From contig OY781945.1 in the NCBI GenBank assembly GCA_963677435.1, forward strand, positions 1,088,001-1,152,000: 64,000 nt of DNA, written 5' to 3'. Positions within the stretch are counted from its first letter, which is position 1. Every line of letters begins with the position of its first letter. A program made the position numbers and the translations under genes. The notes below the pieces were generated by a model, which saw only the letters and a list, made by a program, of their open reading frames with translations, was not told the origin of the DNA and searched no databases. This DNA comes from an uncultured Aliarcobacter sp. GTDB taxonomy: Bacteria > Campylobacterota > Campylobacteria > Campylobacterales > Arcobacteraceae. Below, in pieces: positions 10,523 to 20,735 of this stretch.

Positions 10523-10723
10523 TAGTCAATAGTAAAAAGTACCTAAAATATATAAATATATTTTTTATTTTTAAATTAATATAAAATATCATTTCTTCAT
10601 ATTCCTTTACTTTGAAATGAAATTTTATAATATGCCTTATTGATAGTACTTCTAATAAAATATTTAATGTAAATAAAATTAATATAATTTCTTTTATATT
10701 CCAATAGTGAATTATACTTAGAA

Positions 10724-11311
10724 TTATTTTTTGACGAATTGCCACATTTTTCAAAATCAATTTTAGAAGCCTTAAGAGAACCACTTGAAGATAATAAGAT
10801 ATTAATCTCAAGAGTTAATAGCAAAATCATGTATGAAACAAAATTTATATTCATAGCAGCTATGAATCCATGTCCTTGTGGGAATTTGCTTTCAAGTTTG
10901 AAAGAGTGTAGATGTAATGAACTAGAAATTCAAAGATATAAAAATAGATTGAGTGAGCCATTCTTAGATAGAATTGATTTGTATGTTGTTATGAATGATA
11001 GTTTTAGTGATAATAAAAATATTGTAAGTTCAAAAGAACTTCATTCAAATATATTAAAAGCTTTCATAAAACAAAAAAATAGAGGACAAAAAGAGTTAAA
11101 TGGAAAATTAAATGAAGAAGAGATAAAAGAGTATTGTGTTTTAGATGAGGAATCAAAAGCAATTTTGGAAAAAGCAAGAATAAATTATCAACTCTCATTT
11201 AGAAGTATAAATAAAGTTTTAAAAGTTGCAAGAACTGTAGCTGATTTAAATGACAATGATATTATTACAAAAAATGATTTATTGCAAAGCTTGAATTTTA
11301 GAAGAAGATAA
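10724..11311 (+). pseudogene. comM: 3' half of comM/yifB (Mg-chelatase-like AAA+ ATPase), disrupted by the element
   Basis: LFFDELPHF-SKSILEALREPLE, AAMNPCPCG, LSEPFLDRID, KVARTVADL motifs. In-frame stop at 10685; N-terminal domain and Walker A absent. Confidence 0.9.
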
Positions 11312-11414
11312 AATAAGCTTAACAATAGTTTTAAAAAAGTGTATTTTTATTGTATAATGTAATAAATTTAGATTTTACGAAGAGAAACTTCGTATTGATT
11401 ACAAAGGGTTAAAA

Positions 11415-12299
11415 ATGACAAAATGCGGATATGTATCAGTAGTAGGAAGACCAAATGCGGGTAAAAGTTCACTTCTTAATTGGTTAGTTGGTGAAAAAAT
11501 AGCGATGGTTTCACACAAAGCTAATGCTACAAGAAAAAGATCAAATATCATTGTAATGCACAATGATGATCAAATTGTATTTGTAGATACTCCAGGTATC
11601 CATGAAACAGAAAAACTATTAAATCAATTTATGCTTGATGAAGCATTAAAAGCGATGGGTGATTGTGATTTAATTTTATTTTTAGCACCTATTACAGATA
11701 AAGTTTCACACTATGAAGATTTTTTAATAAAAAATAAAAAAGGTGTTAAACACATTTTATTACTTACAAAAATAGATTTTGTATCAAATGCTGAAGTATT
11801 AGAAAAAATCAAAGAGTATGAAAAATATAGTGATAAATATGAAGCTATTATTCCTATTTCTATTAAAAAACAGACTACACAAGCTGATATTTTAAATGAT
11901 GTTGTAAAACATTTACCTGTTCATCCTTATCTATTTGATCCTGAAATTATGACAACTGAGCATTTAAGAGATCTTTTTAAAGAGTTTATAAGAGAATCAA
12001 TTTTTGAAAATATTAGTGATGAAATACCTTATGAAACTGATGTTATGATAAATAAAGTTGATGAAAAACCAGGTGTTGATGTTATCAAAGCTACAATAAT
12101 TGTACAAAAAGGTACTCAAAAAGGTATGATTATTGGAAAAGATGCAACGGCAATTAAAAGAATTGGTAAAGATGCAAGAATTAAAATCGAAAAATTAACT
12201 GGTAAAAAATGTTATCTTGAGCTTTTTGTTTCAATCAAAAAAGGTTGGACAAAAAATAGACAAGGTCTAAAAGAACTAGGTTATGATGTAACTTTCTAA
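11415..12299 (+). CDS. era: GTPase Era
   Basis: GRPNAGKS, DTPG and TKID motifs; C-terminal KH domain. Confidence 0.97.
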   Translation: MTKCGYVSVVGRPNAGKSSLLNWLVGEKIAMVSHKANATRKRSNIIVMHNDDQIVFVDTPGIHETEKLLNQFMLDEALKAMGDCDLILFLAPITDKVSHYEDFLIKNKKGVKHILLLTKIDFVSNAEVLEKIKEYEKYSDKYEAIIPISIKKQTTQADILNDVVKHLPVHPYLFDPEIMTTEHLRDLFKEFIRESIFENISDEIPYETDVMINKVDEKPGVDVIKATIIVQKGTQKGMIIGKDATAIKRIGKDARIKIEKLTGKKCYLELFVSIKKGWTKNRQGLKELGYDVTF

Positions 12300-12321
12300 A
12301 AAGAGGAATTATCCTCTTTTT
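12298..12321 (+). terminator. Intrinsic terminator after era
   Basis: AAAAGAGGA-atta-TCCTCTTTT hairpin with T tract. Confidence 0.65.
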
Positions 12322-12424
12322 ACTCATTCTATTCCATTTAAATAACTTTACAACTTATTAATTTAAGCAACAATTTTATATACTAAACTTAATAATAAAA
12401 AATATTATATTAAGTTGGATTTAT

Positions 12425-13309
12425 ATGTTAAATTTTGTTCTTCCACATAAAATAAAATCTATATCAATTGATGTTTCTGAAGAGATAGGAAATAAAAACT
12501 TAAAAAAATTTATTTACACTTCACTTAAATTAAATAAACACAATATAAATAAAGATGATTTTGTACATATAAATTTCATTAGTGAACTAAAACTATATCA
12601 AATCCTTATTTTTCCCAATAATCATAAAGAAGCTATATTTCAAATATTTAATCAGTTCTATATAAATAAAAAAGACTTAAAAAGTTTTGATTTATATATT
12701 ACAAAAGATTTTTTTTCTTTATATAAAAATGGAAAATTTTACTATTATCAAACATTGGAATCTGAAATTTCAGTTGATGATTTAGTTGAATATATAAATA
12801 AGATTTTTTCTATAAAAGTGGATACTTTTAAAATTATTGATGAGATATATTTAGAAGAGTTAAAAAATAGCTATTTAGAAAAATCATTTAAAAATGAGCT
12901 TTTAAATTTTAATGGCAAAAAAGATTTTTCTTTTGGAATTTATTTAACATATATTTTAATACTTATACTTTTCTCTATATATTTCTATATAAGTTATATA
13001 AAAAATATTGACAATGAGAATAAGCCAAATTCTCGAAATAGCATAGAAAAAATAAGGAAAGAATATTCTTTTGTCTCTTTTTCTTCTGATTTTAGTGAAT
13101 TTATGAATTTAGCACAAAAATACAATTTAAATTTGAAAACCTTTGAATATAGAGTTGATAAAGCAAAAGTAGTTATTTGTTCAAGTTCAAAATCTGATAT
13201 TTACTCTTTTTTTAATGAATTAAAAATAAGATTAATTTCTCATGATTTAAACTATTTTGAAAATGAAAAAATTTATGAATCGACAATTTATGTTAAATTT
13301 TCTAAATAA
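12425..13309 (+). CDS. Membrane-anchored protein of the competence/T2SS-like operon
   Basis: Single TM segment (IYLTYILILILFSIYFY); first gene of an overlapping operon ending in GspE/GspF homologues. Confidence 0.55.
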   Translation: MLNFVLPHKIKSISIDVSEEIGNKNLKKFIYTSLKLNKHNINKDDFVHINFISELKLYQILIFPNNHKEAIFQIFNQFYINKKDLKSFDLYITKDFFSLYKNGKFYYYQTLESEISVDDLVEYINKIFSIKVDTFKIIDEIYLEELKNSYLEKSFKNELLNFNGKKDFSFGIYLTYILILILFSIYFYISYIKNIDNENKPNSRNSIEKIRKEYSFVSFSSDFSEFMNLAQKYNLNLKTFEYRVDKAKVVICSSSKSDIYSFFNELKIRLISHDLNYFENEKIYESTIYVKFSK

Positions 13310-13976
13310 AAAATTTATTTCTTGTAGTATAAAAACTAAAATAGAGTTATTCTTACTACCATTATTGCTTTTATATTTTGTTTATTATCTTTGTTCAATA
13401 TATGTAAAAGATGATTTACAAATGAAATCCAATATAAATTTTGATGAATATTCAAAAAAAGAGTTTAATGAGTCTTTTTTGGATTTTTCTTCAAATCTTC
13501 AAGATTATGCTTTAAAAAATCAAATAGTCATATTCAATATTACAAATAATAAAAAAGTGCTTTTTATTAAAGCAAAAGCAAAAATTGAAGATATAGAAAG
13601 ATTTATTACAACAATTGAAACTCTTAATAACTTTACAAATATAACTTTTTTCACACTAAATAAACAAGATAACGAGAATTATCTATTTGAAGTAAATGTT
13701 GATTTAAATAAGTTTTATATCAAAAAACCACAAAAACAAATAATCAAAGAGATAAAACCTAAAACTCAAACAAATAATGAAAAATCAATAGAATATAAAG
13801 TAAGTGGAATTATCTCAGACTATGCTTTTATAAATGATACTTGGGTTAAAAAAGATGAAAAGATTGATGATTTTAAACTTACAAAAATTGAAAGGAATTA
13901 TATAGTGTTAGAGAATGAAAAAACAAAAATAAAATTAGAGTTAGAAAATGAAGACTATCTTAAAAAGTTTAATTGA
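13257..13976 (+). CDS. Membrane-anchored transformation-system protein (CtsX-like C-terminus); true start possibly 13290
   Basis: N-terminal TM segment; C-terminal VSGIISDYAFINDTWVKKDEKID beta-rich motif; directly upstream of the gspE homologue. Confidence 0.45.
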   Translation: MKMKKFMNRQFMLNFLNKKFISCSIKTKIELFLLPLLLLYFVYYLCSIYVKDDLQMKSNINFDEYSKKEFNESFLDFSSNLQDYALKNQIVIFNITNNKKVLFIKAKAKIEDIERFITTIETLNNFTNITFFTLNKQDNENYLFEVNVDLNKFYIKKPQKQIIKEIKPKTQTNNEKSIEYKVSGIISDYAFINDTWVKKDEKIDDFKLTKIERNYIVLENEKTKIKLELENEDYLKKFN

Positions 13977-15268
13977 TTATTCGTTATTTGAAAAGTATGA
14001 TAAAGATTACTTTATAAATAATAAGATACTTCCTCTTTGTGAGAATGATATAAGTATAAAAGTTGCTGTTTGTAAAAGTTCAAAAGTAGAAACAATAAAG
14101 AATGATTTTAATAAAGTACTTAGTTTTATACAAATAGATGAGTTCGAACTTCTTTTTTTATTAAGTCACATAAATAAAAAGATTTTATTATATTCTTATG
14201 CTTTTAAAGCAATTTCACAAAATAGTTTTGAAAAATATATAGATAAATTTTTAGAAGAGTTAGTTTCATTTTCTATAAATTTAAGAGCAAGCGATATTCA
14301 TATTGAACAATATAAAGAGTTGGTTTTATTTAAATTTAGAATTGATGGAAGATTAAAAACTTTTTTTGCTTTTAATTGCGAGTTTTTTAAACTAATTTCC
14401 TCTTATATTAAATTAATTTCAAATTTAGATATGACGCAAGTTCGTCTTCCTCTTGATGGCAGATTTTCTTTAAATATAGAAAATAAGAAATATGATTTTA
14501 GAGTTTCAACCATGCCAACCATTGAAGCTGAATCTATAGTTTTAAGAATATTAGATAATAAAAATATAAATAAAAATTTGCAAACTTTAGGTTTATCCAC
14601 TAACTTACTTGAAGTTTTAAATCAAACCCTAAAATTAACCCAAGGTTTGATTTTGATTTCTGGACCCACAGGAAGTGGCAAAACTACAACTTTATATTCG
14701 ATTTTACAAGAGTTAAATAGTGAAGAAAAAAAGATAATTACAGTTGAAGATCCAATTGAATATAAAATTGATTCTATTTGTCAAATTGCTATAAATAGTA
14801 AAATTGGTCTTAGTTTTGAACTTGTTTTAAAAAATATTTTGCGCCAAGATCCTGTAAAGTTACTTGTAAGCTTCTTTGACTGGACATTTAGTGATTGCTA
14901 GTATTCATGCTAATAGCGCAGTGGAAACGATTCTTAGACTAATAGACTTACAAGCTGATCCTTTTTTAATCTCAAGTACTTTAAAACTTGTAATGGCTCA
15001 AAGATTAGTTTTGAATTATTGTAAATTTTGTGGCTCAGTTGGGTGCCAAAAATGTAACTATACAAAATATTATGATAGGTCAACAATTGCTGAGATTTTA
15101 AAAGTTGATGAAACAATATCTTCAATGATATTTAAAAAATCAGATATAAATGAGCTGAAAAATTATCTTGCAAGAATAAATTTCAAAACAATTTTAGATG
15201 ATGGAAAACAAAAAGTAGAACAAAATCAAACCTCACTTGAAGAAGTTTATAAAGTTGCAAGTTTTTGA
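13948..15268 (+). pseudogene. ctsE: GspE/PilB/CtsE-family secretion ATPase, split by an internal deletion and frameshift
   Basis: ASDIHIE, GPTGSGKTT, TVEDPIE, LRQDP, then only 16 nt before A-S-L-T-G-H in another frame. The Walker B/GEIRD segment is missing. Confidence 0.85.
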
Positions 15269-16458
15269 TGAAAAAATATAAAATAAAGTATCAAGATAAA
15301 AGTGAGGTAAAAGAGCTTGTTTTAGAAACAAAAAATCTAGCAAATGAGATTTTACCCTCAAATATAATTGAGATAAAAGAGAATAAAAACTATTTTGAAT
15401 TTGAATTTTTCACAAAAAAAAGAGTAAATGAAAAAAAACTAAATTTACTCTTTTATGAATTAAATCTAATGTTACAGGCAAATATAAATATCAGTGATGC
15501 CCTTGATATTTTGATAAAAAATAAAAAAGATAAAAATATTTTGGACTTCTTAAAAGTTGTAAAATATTGTTTTTCAAATGGGAAAGAAGTTGATGAAAAT
15601 TTAAGTGATTTTAAAATCAATTATTTAATACCATCTTTTTTGAAAATTTCACAAAATAGTGGAAATATTGCATTAAACATAAAGGCACTAAGTAGTTTAT
15701 TACTTGAAAGTCTTGAAATAAAAAAAGCTTTTTTTAAAGCAATAGCTTATCCTATTGTTTTAGTAATCTCATTTATTTTCTCTTTAATATCAATATTTAT
15801 TTTTGTTATTCCAAAATTTCAGATGATTTTTTCACAAACAACACAAGAACTTCCTTTTGCAACCAAAATGTTACTAAAAACTCAATATATTTTTGAAAAC
15901 TATTGCTTAATTATATTTTTTATTTTTCTTGGGCTTTTCGCTTTTTTTAGTCTTTTATATAAGAGAAATAGCCGATTTAAGTATTTTGTACATAAGCTTT
16001 TTATTGCAAAAATATTTTTACTTAGAGATATAAATTTAAATATGCAATTATATAAACTCTTTTTAGTAATTGATATTATGTTGAAATCAAATTATGAATT
16101 TCATAAAGCTTTCATTTCTTCAAAAATTTTATTAAAAAACAAATATCTATTGGATAAAATATCCGTAATTGATAATTTATTGCAAAATGGAAAAAGTATC
16201 AATCACTCTTTTTTAGAAACACAAATATTTGATGATGTAGTTTTAAATCTTATAAATACAGGAGAAGTTTCAAACTCTTTAGGTATTACAATAGATGAAA
16301 TAAAAAAGATTTACAAAAATAGATTTAATGATAATATAAATTTACTCACATCGCTGATACAACCAATATTTTTGATTGTTATTATGGGTTTAATACTTTG
16401 GGTTGTGTTGGGGATTTTTATACCCATATGGGATATGGGAAATATGATAAAAGTTTGA
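15268..16458 (+). CDS. ctsF: GspF/PilC/CtsF-family inner-membrane platform protein
   Basis: Two GspF repeats (AIAYP...FVIPKF; TGEVS...LIQP...IFIPIW); follows the gspE homologue. Confidence 0.85.
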   Translation: MKKYKIKYQDKSEVKELVLETKNLANEILPSNIIEIKENKNYFEFEFFTKKRVNEKKLNLLFYELNLMLQANINISDALDILIKNKKDKNILDFLKVVKYCFSNGKEVDENLSDFKINYLIPSFLKISQNSGNIALNIKALSSLLLESLEIKKAFFKAIAYPIVLVISFIFSLISIFIFVIPKFQMIFSQTTQELPFATKMLLKTQYIFENYCLIIFFIFLGLFAFFSLLYKRNSRFKYFVHKLFIAKIFLLRDINLNMQLYKLFLVIDIMLKSNYEFHKAFISSKILLKNKYLLDKISVIDNLLQNGKSINHSFLETQIFDDVVLNLINTGEVSNSLGITIDEIKKIYKNRFNDNINLLTSLIQPIFLIVIMGLILWVVLGIFIPIWDMGNMIKV

Positions 16459-16470
16459 AAAGGAGTTACT

Positions 16471-17424
16471 TTGATTAACTGTTACATCAAAAAAGGAAAT
16501 AGACTTAGTGTTATTGAGGGAATTGATTCTCTTGAAAGCAATGAAGATAAAAATAATGTAATTTGGATTGATATGCTTCTTCCAACATTAGAGGAAATAA
16601 GAGCAGTTGAAAGTATGTTTGATATGCAATTCCCCACAAAACAAGAAACAGAAGAGATCGAGCTGAGTTCTAGATATTGGGAAGAAAATAATAGAATAGA
16701 AATAAACAGTTACTTCTTGATAAATGATAATAAATCAGCATTCAATGAAACAGTTTCTTTTATTTTACAAGGAACACTTTTAATTTCTGTTAGATATAAA
16801 AAACTAGAAACATTTAATACTTTTACAAAAAAACTTTTGATTTCTCCAAGAGAGTTTAAAACTGGGTATTCAATTTTTTGTCAAATTATTGATATTAGAA
16901 TTGATGCGGATGCAGATACAATCGAGAATTTATCAAAAGAGATAACAAAAATTAGAAAACATGTATTTACAGATTATTCAAATGATGATGAAGAGATTCT
17001 TGAAAAAATCTCTACATTTGAAGATTTAAATATGAAAATTAGAGAAAACTTAACGGATAAACAAAGAATATTAAATTCACTTTTAAAATCTCAGAAATTT
17101 GTGGATGATAAACAAGAATTACCAATTATGTTAAAGGATATTAAGTCATTAATTGACCATACAAATTTTAATTTTGAAAGACTTGATTACTTACAAAATA
17201 TCTTTATTGGTATCTTAAGTATTGAGCAAAATAAGGTTATAAAAATATTTACAATTGTAAATGTTATCTTCCTTCCCCCAACATTAATTGCAAGTATTTA
17301 TGGAATGAATTTTGATTTTATACCTGAATTACATTGGCAATATGGATATGTATTATCTATTGTATTTATGATAATTGCATCAATTACACCAATCTTAATT
17401 TTTAAGAAAAAAGGTTGGATTTAA
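16471..17424 (+). CDS. corA: Magnesium/cobalt transporter CorA
   Basis: C-terminal PPTLIASIYGMNF signature and two TM helices. Confidence 0.95.
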   Translation: MINCYIKKGNRLSVIEGIDSLESNEDKNNVIWIDMLLPTLEEIRAVESMFDMQFPTKQETEEIELSSRYWEENNRIEINSYFLINDNKSAFNETVSFILQGTLLISVRYKKLETFNTFTKKLLISPREFKTGYSIFCQIIDIRIDADADTIENLSKEITKIRKHVFTDYSNDDEEILEKISTFEDLNMKIRENLTDKQRILNSLLKSQKFVDDKQELPIMLKDIKSLIDHTNFNFERLDYLQNIFIGILSIEQNKVIKIFTIVNVIFLPPTLIASIYGMNFDFIPELHWQYGYVLSIVFMIIASITPILIFKKKGWI

Positions 17425-17463
17425 TATTAGAAATAATATAAAAATTTAAAGGATAAATAATTA

Positions 17464-18036
17464 ATGAGTAGTGAAATAGAATTTGAAAATGCTATAAAAA
17501 AAATGTTAGAGCACGTTGGAGAAGATATAACAAGAGAAGGTTTAATTGATACTCCAAAAAGAGTAAGAAAAGCTTATGAGTTTATGTGTAGTGGTTATAA
17601 ACAAGACCCAAAAGAGATAATTGAAAAAGCTCTTTTTACTTCAACAAATGATGAAATGGTTGTGGTAAAAGATATAGAGTTTTATTCTCAATGTGAACAC
17701 CACATGTTACCAATTATCGGGAAAGCACATGTTGCGTATATTCCAAATGGAAAAGTTATTGGTTTATCAAAAATACCAAGAGTTGTTGATGTATTTGCAA
17801 GAAGATTACAAATTCAAGAGCAATTAACTGAGCAAATTTGTGATGCTTTAAATGAACACTTAAAACCAAAAGGTGTTGCAGTTATGATTGACGCTCGACA
17901 TATGTGTATGGAGATGAGAGGGGTTGAGAAAATTTGTTCAACTACTGTTACATCAGCATTAAGAGGATTATTTAAATCTAATAAAACAACAAAAGATGAG
18001 TTTTTATCAATAGTTGCTCAATCACTTCATAAATAA
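17464..18036 (+). CDS. folE: GTP cyclohydrolase I
   Basis: [25 protein letters not shown] motifs. Confidence 0.97.
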   Translation: MSSEIEFENAIKKMLEHVGEDITREGLIDTPKRVRKAYEFMCSGYKQDPKEIIEKALFTSTNDEMVVVKDIEFYSQCEHHMLPIIGKAHVAYIPNGKVIGLSKIPRVVDVFARRLQIQEQLTEQICDALNEHLKPKGVAVMIDARHMCMEMRGVEKICSTTVTSALRGLFKSNKTTKDEFLSIVAQSLHK

Positions 18037-18062
18037 ATCAATAGAATTTCTATTGATTTATT
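18032..18062. terminator. Bidirectional terminator between folE and ask
   Basis: AATAAATCAATAGA-att-TCTATTGATTTATT perfect inverted repeat between convergent stops. Confidence 0.7.
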
Positions 18063-19425
18063 GTTTTTTTAATAGCTCATTTTGAAGAGTTTTTAAAGCT
18101 ACATCTGAAATATTTTGAGATACACCTATATGAAAAGATATTTTAGAAGGACTCATATCAAACATATCAAAAGGGATATTATTTTGTTTTAATGCAGTTA
18201 TTGCATCAACGATTACAAAAGAGTTCTCTTTTAATCCAATCCCAACTAAAGTTAAAATTGATAAGTTATAGGTAACATAAAGATTATCTGTATTTAGCTC
18301 TTTTTCAATTTTTCTTCTTAGGTTATTAATTTTACCTTTTAAATCTTCTTGTTCTACAAGAATAGCAATATCATCTTTATCCGTAGGATAATGATAAGTA
18401 TTGATCTTAAATTCACTGAAAATTCTTAATAAATTAGCGCTAAAACCTATCTCTTCACCTAACATATCTTTTTGTATATGAATAAGTGCCATATTATCAA
18501 GTTTTGCAATTCCAACTACATCTTCCATCGGAACTCTTTCACTTAAGATTAGAGTTCCTTTGTGAGTTGGATTGTTAGTGTTTCTGATGTTTATGGGAAT
18601 TTTTCCTTTTTTACAACTTAGCATTGCATTAAAATGAAAAACATTAAAACCTTTTGAGCTAAGTAATCTTAACTCTTTAAATGTAAGTCTAGTTATTACT
18701 TTTGCATCATCAACAACACGAGGGTCTACTTCGTAAACACCATTTGTATCTGTCCAGTTTTCATAAATATCAACATCAAGGGCAAAGGCTAACTCCCCAC
18801 CTGTTAAGTCACTACCACCTCTACTTAAAACAACAATTTTTTTATCATTACTTATTCCATAAAAACCTGGAACTAAATATGTTATATCTGAATTAATATC
18901 AAAACTATTCCTAATGTTTTCATAAGTTTTATCTATGATTTTGCCATCTGTATAATTATTATCAAGTATAAAACCAAAATCTTCAGGAAGCATAAGTTTT
19001 GTTTTTATATCTTGATTATTCATATATTCACAGATAATTTTAGCATTATAGTGTTCACCTCTTGAAAGATAAAAAGCTTTTTTTTCATCATCTTTTAAAT
19101 TAGAATTTTCTAAATCTTTTTGCAAATCTAAAAGTATATTCTTATTATTAATCTTTAAATCATTACATAGTTTTTTAAATTTATTTAATACAGATTCAAG
19201 TGATTCTTTTTTTGAGATTGTAACTTGTTGTTCTTGAAAATAAGTACCATTAGTTGCAATGTTTAAAAGATGGTCTGTAATCTTTTCATTGAAAAGTTCA
19301 TCTCTACCTGGTGCTGAAACAACTATTATTTTTCTTTTTATATCTTCTTTTATTATATTAATAACTTTTTGAATTTGAAGTGCATCTTTTACAGAACTGC
19401 CTCCAAATTTACATACTTTAATCAA
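18058..19425 (-). CDS. ask: Aspartate kinase of the ectoine cluster
   Basis: KFGGSS, VVSAPG, SRGGSD, WTDTNG...DPR motifs; last gene of ectABCD-ask. Confidence 0.9.
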   Translation of the reverse strand: MIKVCKFGGSSVKDALQIQKVINIIKEDIKRKIIVVSAPGRDELFNEKITDHLLNIATNGTYFQEQQVTISKKESLESVLNKFKKLCNDLKINNKNILLDLQKDLENSNLKDDEKKAFYLSRGEHYNAKIICEYMNNQDIKTKLMLPEDFGFILDNNYTDGKIIDKTYENIRNSFDINSDITYLVPGFYGISNDKKIVVLSRGGSDLTGGELAFALDVDIYENWTDTNGVYEVDPRVVDDAKVITRLTFKELRLLSSKGFNVFHFNAMLSCKKGKIPINIRNTNNPTHKGTLILSERVPMEDVVGIAKLDNMALIHIQKDMLGEEIGFSANLLRIFSEFKINTYHYPTDKDDIAILVEQEDLKGKINNLRRKIEKELNTDNLYVTYNLSILTLVGIGLKENSFVIVDAITALKQNNIPFDMFDMSPSKISFHIGVSQNISDVALKTLQNELLKKQ

Positions 19426-19427
19426 AT

Positions 19428-20321
19428 TTAATCCTTATTTACTTTTAAAGGCTTGAAATCTTTTAAGCATAAAAAATCAGCCCTTGGTGATTTTGATGAG
19501 AAAGGTTTTACAGGAGTGTTTTTTACACTATTATAAACAAAGAAAATATTAGTTCTATCTTCTGGTGAGATATTATCAGCGCTTCCATGAAGTATATTCC
19601 CATCGTGTAATACTAAAGTTCCAGCTTTTCCAATAGCAGAAACTAGTTTATCATTTTTAGATAATTGTTTAATGGCGTTAATGCTAGGAACTCCATACTC
19701 TTGTTTTTTCAAAGATTTTTTATAATTATCTTTTGGAGTTATACCTTTACAAGAAACAAATTTTTTGTGGCTCTCTTTGATTAGATATAACGGTCCATTA
19801 AACTGTGTATTATCTGTTAGCATAAGCCAAGCGGATAAACATCTACAGTTTGGTAAACCATCTTCACTATGCCAAGTTTCAAAGTCACTATGCCAAGGGA
19901 AAGACTTCCCTTGATAGGCTCTTTTTACATTTATTCTTCCATGATGAATATAAACATCACTTCCTAAAATTTGCATTACTTTATTTAAAATTCTTGGATC
20001 TTTTGATAATTTTTTATAAACTTTACTAAAAAGATGTTGATTAAATATTGTTCTTAATTTATTATCATTTGGTTCAGAAATAAATTCTTCTTTTTTCCAA
20101 AGTTTTTCATCTAATTCTATTAATTTTAATTCTTTAGCAAATTTTTTTATCTCTTTTTGGGAAAAAACTTCAGGAATAATAATAAAACCATCTTTTTCAT
20201 AAATCTCTAACTCTTTTTCATCTAATGAATATTTTCCTATTTTTTCTTGTGAGTAAACAGTTTTATCAACTCTTTTTATAATTTTTTCTTCATTTCCTCT
20301 TGATGGATATAAATCTTTCAT
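19428..20321 (-). CDS. ectD: Ectoine hydroxylase
   Basis: Signature FPWHSDFETWHSEDGLP; HGSADNI. Confidence 0.95.
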   Translation of the reverse strand: MKDLYPSRGNEEKIIKRVDKTVYSQEKIGKYSLDEKELEIYEKDGFIIIPEVFSQKEIKKFAKELKLIELDEKLWKKEEFISEPNDNKLRTIFNQHLFSKVYKKLSKDPRILNKVMQILGSDVYIHHGRINVKRAYQGKSFPWHSDFETWHSEDGLPNCRCLSAWLMLTDNTQFNGPLYLIKESHKKFVSCKGITPKDNYKKSLKKQEYGVPSINAIKQLSKNDKLVSAIGKAGTLVLHDGNILHGSADNISPEDRTNIFFVYNSVKNTPVKPFSSKSPRADFLCLKDFKPLKVNKD

Positions 20322-20338
20322 ATAATCAATTCCTTGTA

Positions 20339-20734
20339 TTAATCTTCTAATGGATAAACGCCATTTTCATCGTGATTTTCTGTTCCTTTTATTGGAGGGT
20401 TAAAAACACAGATTAATCTCATATCAACATTTCCACCATATAAATAGTGTTCATCATGGTTATTTAAAGCGTACATTACTCCATCATAAATATCATGTGT
20501 TATTCCTGTTTTTAAATCTTCAATTTTTCCATCACCACCAACACAATAAACAGCTTCTAGGTGATTTTGGTAATGTATGTGGGTTTTTGTATGTGCTTTT
20601 ATTATTGTTTCATGGAATGAAAATCCCATTCCATCATCTTTTAATAACATTCTTCTACTAACCCATTGATTGTCTTTTGCAAAAACTTCTTTTTGTGTAC
20701 CAATTATTTCTTTTCTTATATCTCTTACTATCAT
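20339..20734 (-). CDS. ectC: Ectoine synthase
   Basis: MIVR start after a GGAG RBS; GMGFSFHET, HYQNHLEAVYC, CVFNPP motifs. Confidence 0.95.
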   Translation of the reverse strand: MIVRDIRKEIIGTQKEVFAKDNQWVSRRMLLKDDGMGFSFHETIIKAHTKTHIHYQNHLEAVYCVGGDGKIEDLKTGITHDIYDGVMYALNNHDEHYLYGGNVDMRLICVFNPPIKGTENHDENGVYPLED

Positions 20735-20735
20735 T

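Larger units (their letters stand above)
1..10723. mobile_element. Right part of an integrative element inserted in comM/yifB (recombinase trio plus Detocs-type cargo); left end lies outside the window
   Basis: Two tyrosine recombinases and a TnpC-like ORF lie next to a 5'-truncated comM, whose homology starts abruptly at about 10724 (L-F-F-D-E-L-P-H-F). Defence cargo lies to the left. Confidence 0.8.

Noticed and set aside
10473..10854. Minus-strand ORFs 10473-10811 and 10597-10854
   Set aside because: They span the element/comM junction and run antisense to comM; low-complexity I/K/F/Y sequence typical of AT-rich chance ORFs.
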